DNA from: the human T2T-CHM13v2.0 reference genome, Homo sapiens
Length of the DNA: 64,000 bases
Strand: one strand, 5' to 3'
Assembly: GCF_009914755.1 (NCBI RefSeq)
Contig: NC_060928.1
Part shown: piece after piece, positions 20,266-34,341 of the stretch
Layout of the letters: every line of letters starts with the position of its first letter
How positions within the stretch are numbered: the stretch's first letter is position 1
The notes under the pieces: generated by a model
The model's database searches: none
What the model saw: only the letters and a program-made list of their open reading frames with translations
Told to the model about the DNA's origin: nothing
Translations under genes and position numbers: made by a program

Positions 20266-20532
20266 CATAATTTTGCTTTTTATAAATTTTGACTGTTATT
20301 ATTCCCATCAGTAGCAACAGCAGCTGTTACAGATGATATTTAGTTTTTGGAGGGGATAGGGTATCTAAGGAGAGTGGAAAGAAGATCCCAAGTTCAAGCC
20401 TTGACTAACCTCCAAATTAGAGATCAGGAAAATAATAAAGGGAACTTAAATGTTCCCTGCCTGTGACGTAGGAAAAATTAGACCAGGACGGTGTCATGGA
20501 AGCCAAAAGAGGAGAATCTGTCAAGAAGGCCC

Positions 20533-20879
<347 letters not shown>

Positions 20880-22554
20880 CTAGCTGGTGTAGTAGAGCAG
20901 CAGTAATTCCCTAATGTTGGTGGCTCTCCAAGTTTAGGTCCAGCTACATGCCCAAAAAGGAAGACATTTTTTGGGCACATGCCCCTGAGGAACTTCTTCC
21001 TGGTGTTGCAGCATCCCTTTCACAGTCCTTATTTTTTGACTTCTAAGTCTATTTCAACAAATAAAAATAAAAGTATTCCTTTAAATAGAGAGTGTCTTCA
21101 TTCAAACCAGGAAGCACTGCTATATAAAGGGAAGTAATTCTTAAATATATTCAGAGTAATTCTATTCTTGAATGTCTAGGGGAAAAGAAAGGGCTTTGTG
21201 TAGAGAGAGCCTGAGTAGAGAAAACAGTACTGTCAAATACATTTACATAGTCAGTATTCAGAGTCTCCAACAACATTAAAGGAATAGAGTATGTTATTTT
21301 CACAAGTAGAGCGTCTCCCTAAGTCAGATTCCAGAAATAAGCTACCATTCTAACCTCCTGTTTAATACTTTGGAAAGCACAGAGATGAAAATGCAGCACA
21401 AGTCCTTACTAAAAGATCCTATGTTACTGGGTAGGTAGTATTTGGTTAAAACAAACAACTTTGGAAAATAGAAACCATACCCACTCAATTTATGTATAAA
21501 ATGCGTATATGCATTTTTTAGGAGGCTTAAACTAATGTTTGAAAGATTTTTTTCAACAGCATTGAAATGCCAGGTTTTATTTTCCAGAAGACATTAGTGA
21601 ATAATTTTATAATAATTAATACTAAATGATGATAACAAGAAGGTTCCAGACTCTAGTTTTGGGTGTGAACAATTGCTGAGTTTTGTTCTATTTCATGCAT
21701 ATTTGACCCAGGTCAGCTTTATCACGAGGAAGGGGCAAGGAGGGGGTTTTTGCTAGTAGATAACTGAAAACCATGCAAACTCATTGCCATTAACAAGGTG
21801 CAGCCAAAACTGACATTATTCATGTGTATAAATCCTATGTATCCACAATACTGATATACAATAGAATTGCTTCCTATGATATTTTGTTATTTATATATGC
21901 TGCAGGTTTCCGTCAAGGTAGAAGTATCTTCTGTTTATGAAAATAAAAGATCTCTTTGATAAGGTTCAGATAGCAAAGGAACAAATAAGTCAGAGGCTGC
22001 ACATGTGTAGCAACCCCATCCCCCTGAGAAAAGCTGTGGGGATGGTTCTTGTAGGCACACTGATGGCAATACATTTCCTCAATTTTAGGATTCATAAAAG
22101 TTTCACATTTTTGACAGTATGCATCTCAAAATTGATTTTGTATGTACAGTTATAATATTTCTCATATTAATATATTACCCTGCTGTTTTAAAGGAGGTAG
22201 CTCTGTAGGAAATAATATAAAATCAGCACCAGATATATTAATTTTAAAAAGTATAGAACAATGTGTGTACCATTCTATCATTTACATTTACATACTTTTT
22301 TTTTGAAGGATAGATAGTTATATATTGTTATATGCATATTTTATTTCTAGAAGGAATCACAAAGAACAGGTAAGGGCTACATGAAAGGGGAGGAAGCAGA
22401 GGTAGGCAGAGGCCTATTTTTCATTGTATGCCCTTTTCATCTTTGGATTGTTTATGTTTTACTTATTTAAAAGTACAGTAATTGACTTTCAAAAGAAAAG
22501 ACCAATACTACATATTGTTATAGATACCTGCATACAAAGTCAGCACATAAAAAC

Positions 22555-22854
22555 TTTTTTTTTTTTTTGAGACAGAGTCTCCCTCTGTCTCCAATCTTGT
22601 GAGCCAAGATTATCACATAATCTTGGCTCACTGCAACATCTACCTCCTGGGTTCAAGCAATTCTCCTGCCTCAGCCTCCCGAGTAGCTGGGACTACAGGC
22701 ACACGCCACCATACCGGGCTAATTTTGTATTTTTAGTAGAGATGGGGTTTCATCATATTGGTCAGGCTGGTCTCAAACTCCTGACCTCTGGTGATTCACC
22801 CGCCTCAGCCTTCCAAAGTCCTGGGATTACAGGTGTGAGCCACCGTGCCCAGCC
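22555..22854 (-). mobile_element. AluS with an internal inverted-repeat replacement
   Basis: Reverse Alu in which consensus ggctggagtgcagtgg is replaced by a hairpin arm. Confidence 0.9.
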
Positions 22855-22869
22855 TAAAACCTCTTATAG

Positions 22870-23560
22870 TAGGCCAAGGTGTGGCGGTATGCTCATACAA
22901 TGAATTGCACTATTCAGCAATAAAAAAGAAACAGACTGTTGATACATGCAACATCACAATGGCTCTTTAAAACGTTATGCTGAGTAAGAGAACCTTTGTA
23001 CAAAATAGAGCATACTTTATCATTCTATTTACATGAAGTCCTAGAATAGGCTAAACAAATCTATCACAGAAAACAATCACAACTGTGGCTGCCAGGGAAG
23101 GGAGGTTATGTGAAGGGGTGGGGGTCGCCTAGGAAAGGGCATGAGATAACTTTCTGGGGTGGCAATTATGTTCTATGTTTTGATAGGTGTCTCGGCTACA
23201 TAGGTATACACAGTTGTCAAAACTCAATAAACGTTCACTTAAGACATGTACATTTTATTGTAAATGAATTTTGCCTCAAATGAGAAAATAATCCGTAAGC
23301 AAATTTTGAACACTACCTAATGATATGCATTCTGGAGTATTTAGTATTTAGTATTAAGTGTCTAAATGTCTGCAATTTACTTTGAAATTGATCAGAATAA
23401 AAAAGATGGGTTGATGGACAGATGAACATCATGATATGTGACAAAACAAGTGTAGTTACATGTTAATGGTAATATCCAGGTGGCAGGGATATAGGTGTTC
23501 ACTATGAAATCGTTTTAGATTTTCTGTATGTTTGAAAATTTTCAAAACACAATGTTGAAA
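22870..23560 (+). mobile_element. Old L1M (L1MC/MD/ME-like) 3' fragment
   Basis: attcagcaataaaaaagaa...gatacatgcaaca... L1M 3' UTR motifs. Confidence 0.65.
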
Positions 23561-25028
23561 ATAGCTTTGAAAATACTTCTAGTTAAGTTTTTCTTTAAAA
23601 TGCATGCATTGTACATAGCGGCATCTCTGTCAATACATATTGGTCTACCTCATTCATACTAAGCATAGTGAGTTTAATGAGGTGTTTATAAATATTATAT
23701 TAAATTTCTAGAACCATCATGGAAGAGACTATGGTTAAAATATGTAAAGGAGATACTGAATGTACATCTTGATTTGCAAATACGAAACCATACCACACGT
23801 AAGTTTGGCTTCTAACAACAGTTCAATGCCTCTCCCATGACCTACTCTAAGCCAGTTCACTCTGCTCCCAAAAGGAAGTGTTGGCAGCATTACATTACAT
23901 TCACAAGGACAGTGAGTGAAGATCCCAAAGGGCATGAAAGCTACTGCACACATCACACATCTCTCTTTTCTCTCTTCTTTCCCTTAGTGGACATAAAGCC
24001 CCACTCACCATAGCTTCCTCCTCCCCTTCCTCACACTGCTTTACTCTCCATACCAGCTGGTGTGGTGAGCCCAAGAAAGGGAACGAATCTGTTTGCTCTT
24101 GCAGATGCTCTGCCTCTTGCTTAGATGCTGCTAGGTGTACATTACATCAGCCTACTTCAAAGGATCATTAGATCCAACACTGAGGTTTATGCTGGGAGGG
24201 AATACTGGGGCTCTGGCCTTTAGTGCAGCAAGAGGAATCTGTGGTTCGGCCTAGCTTACCTGGATACTACAATGGTTTATGGTCACAGCTCCAGCTGGAA
24301 GTCAAGCTTTTCTTCCCCTGTGTGACTTGCTCTGCTATAGTGCCTGTGTTTCTGTGCGCATGTGGGCATTCATCACTCAGGGGCATCAAAAGAAGGAATG
24401 GCAGCAGTGTAGGTTGGAATTGGGTTGTTCCTGGAAGTCTAGATCAAATACCCACTGGCAGCATCCTGACACTGCAGATTTTCAATGTAAACCACTTATC
24501 TTTTTTTCCCGCTCAACTATATGTTGAGCACATATTTTCAAATCAATATATACAGATTTATCTATCCCATACTTTCTAATCTTTAAGTAGGAGTTGATGA
24601 GTATCCTGGCCCAGTGATAATTAAAGCAGATGTAGTAAGATCTGCTCTAATAGATCAAGGACTATAGGAGCTATCATCTTCCCTCAACAGAACACCCACA
24701 ATGTAAGGGCTCTAAACTAGGGTATCAGGGCCTTGTGACAAGTCACAATACTTTTACTGTGTGACATTCTATATTTTCTGTATGTGTGCATTACTACAAT
24801 ACGCCAAAAAGTGACGCAGTCCATCTGTATTTGGTGTACAGGATGCCAAAAACCATAGCTTGCTGGATTATTTGTTTTCCTGATGAATTCAATTACTAGA
24901 TGTTTTGCATTATAAAAATATATTCCAGTTTCCTGTTTATATTATAGAATAATGTATAAGAAAATTGTGAGAAAATGGTAATTTTGGAATTGATAAATTA
25001 TTGAATTGCTATTATATATCATTCTTAC

Positions 25029-25156
25029 CTCATTTGAAGGAATGGTGGCAAAGGGCTTGATGACAGCAGCTAATGGAATCTGAGCTTGCTTAGCCATATC
25101 TGACGTGCATGGAAAACAGTATGTTGTACAACGGATGAATCGAGGACTGGCATTTC
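25029..25156 (-). CDS. SEC24D: SEC24D exon 8 ([13 protein letters not shown]...PFATIPSNE), just before the Sec23/24 zinc finger
   Basis: tttcag|GA acceptor, GAG|GTAAGA donor; 128 nt; peptide within ORF 24942..25169. Next exon not found in the window. Confidence 0.96.
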
Positions 25157-25879
25157 CTGAAACATTCAAAAGGATACATTTAAAACTTGTTTAGAAAAAA
25201 ACCTTCCCTAAGATATTCAAATATTTATAAAGGTACTTCTAGATAATGCATTGCATTATTTCTTATTTGTAAAACTCTCTTCATGATTTGTTTTTTAAAA
25301 AAGTAGTATTGTGCAATTCTACAATCTATATTCTAGGCATACTGTAATTTCTTACAAAATAAAAATACTCTGAATCCTACTGCAAAGATATAAAAGAAGT
25401 ATCTTAGTTATTATTATTTTCCATAAGCAGAGTCTTAATATAGCCTTACTATATATTTGAGAGGCATTTAGATGCAATGGAAAAAATAAAACAAAGAGAC
25501 ACACAAATATGACAGAACAAAACTTTTGAATCACAATCATTTCTTCTTCATCCTCTTCTATCTGCTTATGGGAAAGGTAAGCATTTGTATACTATTTCAT
25601 ATTAGCAAGTGATACTTTGTCAAATATGATTCCATTTGACTATTTTTTTCTAAATTTGGAAATTGAATTTCAAAATGAAAATTCTACTTATAATAGAAAT
25701 ATTATTTTCAAAAACACCCTAAACTATTTTTAATAGATGTTAGGCTTCCTGACCAAAATATCTTTACTTCATGGCATATCCGAGTGTTAAAACAATATCT
25801 ATGACATAAAGAATATTTGTATCACTAGAATAACTTATCTAAGATAAATTTTGAAATAAAATATTATGACTAAAAGAAT

Positions 25880-27650
25880 GTAATCATCAATCAAATGTTC
25901 ACTGAATGTCTAAGACATTTCAGGCCCTGTCCTAGGTGCTTGCAGAGCTTATGTTCTTGCAGAGGACACAGACAATGAATATTACGCCTAATAAAAGTAA
26001 ATTATATAGGACATTAGAAGGTGATAAATGCTGTGAAAAAAGCATATCTAGTGAAGGGGTACCAAGAAGTGGCAGGCAGATTGCAATTTTAAATACTTAC
26101 AAGGTAGGCCTTATTTAAAAGGTAACATCTGAGCAAAGAGTCATAGGAGGCAAGCGATTTACCCTAGTGGGTATCTGGGGAAGGACATGCCCGGAGTAGT
26201 GACAGCAGGAGGCCCATGGAGCTGGAATGGAGCCACTGTGGGGGGCACCAACTGGTGTGGAGTTCAGCGAAGCAACAGGCCAGATGAGGTAGACTCTTGA
26301 GACCATTTTAAGCCCTCTGGCTTTTCTCCCAATGAAATGGGGAGCCACTGATGGCTTTAGAGCAGAGGAGTGTCATGCTGTAATGTAGGTTCCTCTGCCT
26401 GCATTTTCAGAATGGATTGCAGTGGGGAAGAGTAGAACCAGGGAGACCATGTGGAGGCTGCTGCAGTACCAGCCTGACAGGAGTAGAAGTGTTGAGATGT
26501 GGCTAAATTCTGGATATATTTCAAAGGTACAGTGACTTATTTGTTAAGGGCATATAAGGTGTGAAGATGTGAGTGTGAGAGAGCGTGATGGTCAAGAACG
26601 ACTCTTAAGATTGCTGGCCTGAGAAACCAGAAGCATAAAATTGCCACCAACTGACAAAGTAAAGGCTGCAGAAAGGGAAGGGATGTTTTAACGGGTGTGC
26701 GGGTGGAGATCAGGAATCTAGTCAGGGACATGTCCAATTTGGGAAATCTATTACACAGTCATACAGCAATGCTGAGTAGACAATTAGATATGTACATCTG
26801 GAGACTGGGCTAAAGTCTGGGGTGGAGATACACATTTGGGAATTCTTAGCATATAGATGGTATTTGAAACCATGAAACCAGGTTAAAACCACCAAGGGAA
26901 TAATTATGGCCAAAGAAGAGAAGATGACCAAGTACTGAGCCCTGGGGTCCTCCAAGATAAGGAGGTCAGAGGAGGAGGAGAAAGCAGCCAAAGGACTGAG
27001 AAGGATGAAACGAGGAGCCTAGCGTCCTGAAGTGAAGTGTAGGATGTGTATCACGCGGAGGCACGATCATCTGTGCCAGATGGTGCTGCTGGAGATCCTA
27101 AAGAGGCAGTTTTGGTGGAATGCTAGGGAAAAATCTGCTCAGAGTGAGTTTAAGAGATAACAGAAGGAGAAGAATTGGCAATAGTCCTTTTAAGTTTTGC
27201 TGTAGAGGGGTGGAAAGAAAAGAGTGCTAGCTGGTAAGGGAAGTGGATCAAGAAAACATTTTTATATTTTAAGATGAGAGAAGGTTTTTTTTAAAAAAAG
27301 ATGGGAATCATTCTGTAGAAAGAAAAATACTGATGATTTAAGAGGAAGAGGGGAAACTTACTGTGGAAATATACTTGAGTGGTGCACAGGGAGAGAGGCT
27401 GGCTTTCGACTGGAGCACAGATTGCTCACTGAGGGCCAAATGCAGGTGGGCACAGTGGGAGGATGCGCTGAGACTGGGGGTCCACGTGGTGGTGGGGTGC
27501 ATGGAATTTCCTTTCTGAAAGGAGGATGTAAAGCAGCTAAAAGAAAGATGCGAGAGAAGGTGCTGCAGGTTTGAAAAAGTATGAAATAGTCACTAAGGAG
27601 AGTGGAAAAGTGAAAAGACTTGAGAAATACAGTATGTTGGGAAGTTTATG
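25880..27650 (-). mobile_element. L2 long fragment
   Basis: Reverse L2 3' end followed by purine-rich L2 ORF2 remnants. Confidence 0.7.
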
Positions 27651-27999
27651 GTCCTGAGCTTAAACAGCGATTGTGGCGGGGTTGTGAGCCTCTCTCTGGC
27701 CATGTTTTGCTGCACAGATGCAGACCTGAAATGAACGGGAGGTTGGACTTAAAAAAGCTTTTATTCTGTTCATTTCCAAGCTACTAGTGCCAGATTTCAC
27801 AGTTTTTAGGACAAACTGGAAATCCGGATTTTTATATAATGTATTCTGATTTTTAAATAATGACAATTAATTCAAATAGAAACAGAAGAAATTACTGTGT
27901 AGGACAAATTAACATGACTGCAGGCTGAATCCAGTCCTTGAGCTGCTCTGCAGAGCATCTGAGAGAAGGGGAAGACACAGTACTAACAACAAGGGTGAT

Positions 28000-28190
28000 A
28001 ATAATAACAGCAGCCAATGCGCTAGACATCATTCTAAGACTGTTACGTGTAAACTCATTTAGCCCCACAATAACTCTATGGATTAATATATTTATAATCT
28101 ACTTTACTGAGGAGGAAACTGAGACACCGGGAGGTTATGCGACTTTCCAAAAGTCAAAGAGTTAGTAAGTGGCAAAAGTGGCATTAGAAC
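28000..28190 (-). mobile_element. MIR
   Basis: Reverse core gaggaaactgag...gttagtaagtggca. Confidence 0.65.
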
Positions 28191-28325
28191 CAATTATAAA
28201 TTTCTACAACATCCCAGAAAAATTGAGTCCAGGTTGTCAAGGCCTGGAATGCTGGATGAGGAGTTGAGACCAACCCTGTCTGCCCATGGGCAACCGTGAC
28301 ATTTTTTTAGTCAGGGTTAAAAAAA

Positions 28326-28828
<503 letters not shown>

Positions 28829-30054
28829 TTAATATATGTAAGTATGCTTGAATGCTTAATAGTGTTTGTTTCATATTTAAACAAAACTTTCCTTATTATC
28901 ATCATTACACAATGTTATACAGACCATGAACTAAGAATTTTAAAAGTATTTGAAAGTTTATTTTAATTTTCCATTGCACTCAATTATACTCGTTAAAATT
29001 ACCAATAAAATATTGAAGCTGGATATTTGTTACCTTTAAAGGGTTTATTTTTTGACAGTGAAATATGCATAAATGAATGAGCTCTAAAGGTGACTAAACA
29101 AATGCTTCGTATAGGAAGATAATGTGCACAAATAATAAAATTTGAAAAAGCAATTGAGAATTTGTTTCTATAAACAGGTATACAACAGTGGGGCATAAAA
29201 GGTCTGGCTACCGTGGATAATTTAGCAACCACAGGAACTAAGATTTGAAACTTTTTGAGATGCTTAATAAAGAGCATTATGTGATAATTTTACTGAAAAC
29301 ATTCAATAAATTCATTCCACAAACATTTACTAAGCAAAGCTCCAGGAAAGGGCTTAGAAACAGAATACAGTAAAGTCTCTGGCTTCACAATCTAGTTGGA
29401 AAGAGTGACAGTAAAAATAGATCATTGCAACATAGCATGGTAAGCATCACAGAAGAGCAAATAGATTAAGAAACAGAAGAAGGGAGACAATGACTCTGTC
29501 ACTTGGACCAGAATTGACCACACGAAGGATGAGGTGCTTGAACAGGGTCTTAAAGGATGGGAACCAAAGGACAAGTGGAATCTTAAAATAAGATCCTGGA
29601 GCCAAAGGCAAAGGAATAATATTTTAAAGTTTAAGAATATTTTAAACTTTTCTTTGTTGGCTCTGATCCTAACCAGCTGTATGGCCTTGGTCAAGCCACT
29701 TAACCTCCCTGGGCCTTATCCTTACATCTGTAAAGTGAGAGAGCTGAGCAAATAAAGTCCAAGGTTCCTTCCAGCTCTATATTGTACTTATGTCTGTGAA
29801 TTTCTGTACAAGTCTGAGAATCTTGAGCTACATCCTAAAAAGCTTATTACGATTGGCAAATAAGCCAGGTCAGACAAAGGGGCTTCATAGCAAAAGGGTA
29901 TGACTGGGCCAACTTTGGGGCTCCATACCAGGGCAGCTCTCTCTTCTTGCCAAGGGCTAGGCTGCAGGCTAAGGAGAGAGAACGATGACTGAGACCCTGC
30001 CACCTTACTAGTCCTGCCTGCTCACCCACTCCTTCCTTCATACTCTTTCCATAC

Positions 30055-30640
30055 TATACGATCCAGCAATTTCACTTTTAGGTACAGTATATACTCCAAA
30101 GAAGTGAAAGCAGGGGCTCGCATAGATACTTGTACGTAAATATCCACAGCAGCATTACTCACAAGAGCCAAAAGGTAGAAACAACTCAAATGTCCTTCAA
30201 CAGATGAATGGAAAACAAAATGCAGTATGTATAAAAGACGGAAAGTTACGTAGCCTTAAAAAGGAATGAAATTCTGATATACGCTACAAGGTAGATGAAC
30301 CTTGAAAATATTATACTAAGTAAAATAAACCAGACAGAAAAGGGCAAATATTGTATGATTCTCTCAAATGAGGAGCCTAGAGTAGGCAAACTCATAGAGA
30401 CAGAACGTAGAACAGAGTCTACCAGGGGCTGGGTGGGGTGGAAGAATGGGGAGTTATTGTTTAATGGGTACAGAGTTTCAGTGTGGGATGATTTTTTTTA
30501 CAGTTCTAGAAACAGGTAATAAGAATGATTTGGTTGCACAACATTGTGAATGTAATTAAGGCCACTGAATTGTATACTTAAAAATGGTTAAAATAATAAA
30601 TTTTATGTTATATATATAGATTTGACCACAATTTAAAAAC
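30055..30640 (+). mobile_element. L1M (L1MB-like) 3' fragment
   Basis: atccagcaatttcactt...caacagatgaatgg...; ORF 30295..30519 resembles the L1 ORF2 C-terminus/3' UTR. Confidence 0.75.
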
Positions 30641-31004
30641 TACCCACAAGTCCCTCAAAAAACAAAAAGCTATGCACATGCTGTTACTTGACATGTATTA
30701 TGCTCTCTCCCACTACCGTACTTCAGCACATTCACCTCCTCTGCCTGGCAACCCTCCCCTCCCCCATCTCCCTAGTCTTGTGGGTTACACTTGCTCACTG
30801 AAGACACAGTTTGGGTGTCCCCGACTTGGGCAAGACAGGCTGGGTCAGTTATCTGGTTGGTGACCTCACATTTAAGTTCCCATGGCAACATGTGTTTTAT
30901 CTTTCTAATATAACATTTATCTCACTGAATTAATATTTAGTTATCTTTTTCCTTGCCAGATTGTTCACTCATTTAAAAAAAGAGCTGTGTCTTTTATTTC
31001 TGAA

Positions 31005-31260
31005 TAGAGGCAGTGAAGTTAAGAACACAGGCACTTGCATCAGAATGCTTGAGTTCAAATTCTAGCTTTGCCTCCTACTAGCTACATTTCTTAGGTAAAT
31101 TACCTAAGCATTCTGTGCCTCAGTTTTCCACTCTGTAATATGAGAATGATATTAATGCCTATCTCGTAACATTACAGGGGGATTAAATTATTCCATATAA
31201 AGTGGTTAGAAAATTGTCTTGATACATACTAAGTACTTGCAATTATTAGCTATAATAATA
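31005..31260 (+). mobile_element. MIR
   Basis: gagttcaaattctagct...ctgtgcctcagttttcc core. Confidence 0.7.
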
Positions 31261-32058
31261 ATGTTAATTTGTATATTTTTATTATATTATTAACCTCAGG
31301 TTTAGCATAGAGGCCTGGCACATAATAGGTACTGAATAAACATTTTCTGGATGTATGCATGAATGAGTGAAGTTCTGAACAAGTGGAATTCTGATCCCAG
31401 ATAGCTCCAAGATTTGTGGGAGAGACCTATCTAAACCACAATAAAATTTAATGTGATACGGGTGAAATATATATGAAGCATTATGGGAAAAGACACTGGA
31501 GAAGACTTGAAAAAGAAAATTTAAATTGAGTTTAGAAGAACTAAATGTTTCCCAATTAAAGGGCTGAGAGTCATACATTCCAAGTACATGTGTCCGATAA
31601 ATATTTATTGGTCAACTAGTATGTTCTAGATACCAGGTGAATTTCTAAGGATACAACAAAAAACCATCCTCAGGCTGTTGCAGAGAAAACAGTACAATGT
31701 GAGAATCAGAGGCATGAGGAGAAAGACGATGAGATTGGTATATGAAGGCAATTGTAAAGCAAGAAACAGGTGGGAGATGAGGCTGGTCAGGAATATTCTT
31801 TAGGTTGAAAAAAGCCCCAATATTGTTTTATATTTATTTTAAATATTAAATAAATAGATATTAAAACACTTATATAATACTTATCATTAGGTTGAAATGA
31901 AATTGCCACCTTTTATAGGTCACAGTGATAGAAAAAAAAAATCAACAATTTCATATACCTCAACCTATTATCTACCAAGCCCTAAATCCTTTACAAATAT
32001 GAACTCATCTAACTAGTTGGAATGAGTTCTAAGTAATGAGGAAGAAACAAATTATTTT

Positions 32059-32089
32059 TACACTTGATCTTAGCCAAAAGGCCGAGAAG
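32059..32089 (-). pseudogene. Tailless, 3'-truncated U2 snRNA retropseudogene (U2 nt 5-35)
   Basis: Minus strand reads CTTCTCGGCCTTTTGGCTAAGATCAAGTGTA, matching the U2 5' region; flanked by aaattattttta at 32049-32060 and 32093-32104. Confidence 0.92.
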
Positions 32090-32228
32090 GAAAAATTATT
32101 TTTAGAATAATAAATGAAGTCATCTGAATTTTTTTAATATTAGTATCTACAACACCTATAATTTACATGAAACCCTTCTGTGTATTGAGCCCTCTATACA
32201 CATATAAGCATACTTATGTGTATGCATG

Positions 32229-32232
<4 letters not shown>

Positions 32233-32266
<34 letters not shown>
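32233..32266. repeat. (CA)17 microsatellite; (UG)17 in SEC24D pre-mRNA
   Basis: Read directly. Confidence 0.95.
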
Positions 32267-32272
<6 letters not shown>

Positions 32273-33173
32273 AAGACTCATGTACACAGTCACCTCTAAT
32301 TCTTACACTGGCTCTGCAGAGCCGGTCTTAGTCTCCACATATTACTGAGGGTGATGCTGAGGTTGAGAGAGAGAGGTGAAATGGACAAAGCTCACTTGGG
32401 CAGTAAGGAGTGGAGTCTGAATTCTCCCAATCAAGTCTCTTTCTACCTCACTGTGCTACCCACTCTATAAGGTTAGCTCTGAAGGTGGCACAGAGGATAG
32501 AGAGAGGATCCCCAACTAGAACTTGGCTAGCTCAACAACTCTGGGATGAGACAAAATGCTTGTTTGTATACTGATGTTATGCTTCTAGGATTGAGTACAT
32601 GATCCATTAAAATGGTATATTCAGAATCTCAGACATCAGATTTCATCGGGCTATATTCTTAACTTGTCATCAACAATAGGGTAATATATTCTTGAGCTGA
32701 GAGGTATGGAACAGCAGAGATGCAGCTCAGCTTCTCCTCTTTCCAGTTTAAATGTGGGAAAACAGAACCCAAAATGTTAAAAATATCTGCTTAGAAAATA
32801 TTGTTGGGGCTAGAACCAGGTCTGCTAACATCTCAAACAGTCTAATTCCTTACTGCTCTGCTCGTGCCAGCTTTCCAACATAGTGAATAAATTAAACCAA
32901 AGTAGGGTATAAACTAATTGAAACCCATAAATTAAAATAAATAATTGTTTTAAGCAGATATATTGCTCTGTACCTCACTGGAACTCTCCAGACTTCCATA
33001 CGCACAGAATAAAATTCAGTTGATAGCATCCTCTTGGTACTTGAGGGATTAACAGAGAACTGATTATCAGCTATAATGGGGTTTTCCATTATTAAGAGCA
33101 TTATTGAAGGGTGTCAGTGTATTTGCTTTAAAAACAGTGAGAAATTTTAAAACCTTAATAAATGGCATAATTA

Positions 33174-33311
<138 letters not shown>

Positions 33312-33661
33312 TCAAGAGCCCGTTAAAGTAGGTTCCAGTTCTTCCCAACATTCCATTTAGAGAGTACCCTTGCTCTCTCCTCCCTCCTTTTCCCCTCCTT
33401 CTCAATATTCACACACACAGAGATGCACACACAGTCTCACACACTCACACAAACTGGCATTTTCTAAATCCTTTCTGTTCATTTCAGATCAAATTGTCAT
33501 GGAAAAACCTACCATGTCTTCAGTTAAAATGGTTACAATTTTAGAATAGTAGTTTCCAATTCTATTTTGTAATTCTTTAGCTTCAAATCTGACAACGTGA
33601 CCCTTCAGAGAACTTTATTTTTATCCAATTTGTTTATTAGAACATAGGTAAGCATTTTCTT

Positions 33662-33974
33662 TCTTTTTTATTTATTTATTTTTTTTCATTTTTTGAGATG
33701 GGGGTCTCACTCTGTCACCAAGGCTGGAGTGCTGTGCCGCAATCATAGCTCACTGCAGCCTTCACCTCCCTGACTCAAGCCATTCCGAGTAGCTGGGACC
33801 ACAGGTGGGTGCCACCACACCTGGCTAATTTTCTTTTTCTTCATCTTTTTGTAGAGACAGGGTCTCCTCTCCCTATGTTGCCCAGGCTGGTCTCAAACTC
33901 CTGGGTGCAAGCAATCCTCCTGCCTTGGCCTCTCAAAGTGTTGGTGTTACAGGTGTGAGCCACTGCACCTGGCC
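33662..33974 (-). mobile_element. AluJ
   Basis: TSD agcattttctt on both sides. Confidence 0.88.
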
Positions 33975-34043
33975 AGCATTTTCTTAAAAAAAAAAAAATC
34001 TGGTAAGAAAAGAAATTGAAAACAACGATTTAAAGGAAATACT

Positions 34044-34341
34044 GGCCTGGCACAATGGCTCATGTCTGTAATCCCAGCACTTTGGGAGTCCGAGGCGGGA
34101 GGACCACTTCAGCTCAGGAGTTCAAGAATAGCCTGGGCAACAGAGTGAGGCCTCATCTTTACTAAAAAGGTTTAAAAAACTAGCCAGGCATGGTGGCACC
34201 TGACTGTAGTCCCAGCTACTCTGGAGGCTGAGGTAGGAGGATTGCTTAAGCTCAGGAGTTCAAGGCTGCAATAAGCTATGATCGTGACACTGCATTCCAG
34301 CCTGGGCAACAGAGCAAGAGCCTATCTCAAAATAAATAAAT
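34044..34341 (+). mobile_element. AluJ
   Basis: TSD aaaggaaatact on both sides. Confidence 0.88.

Noticed and set aside
20949-20977. 10-bp stem tgcccaaaaa/tttttgggca (terminator-like)
   Set aside because: Half is an A/T run; human intron; no supporting context.
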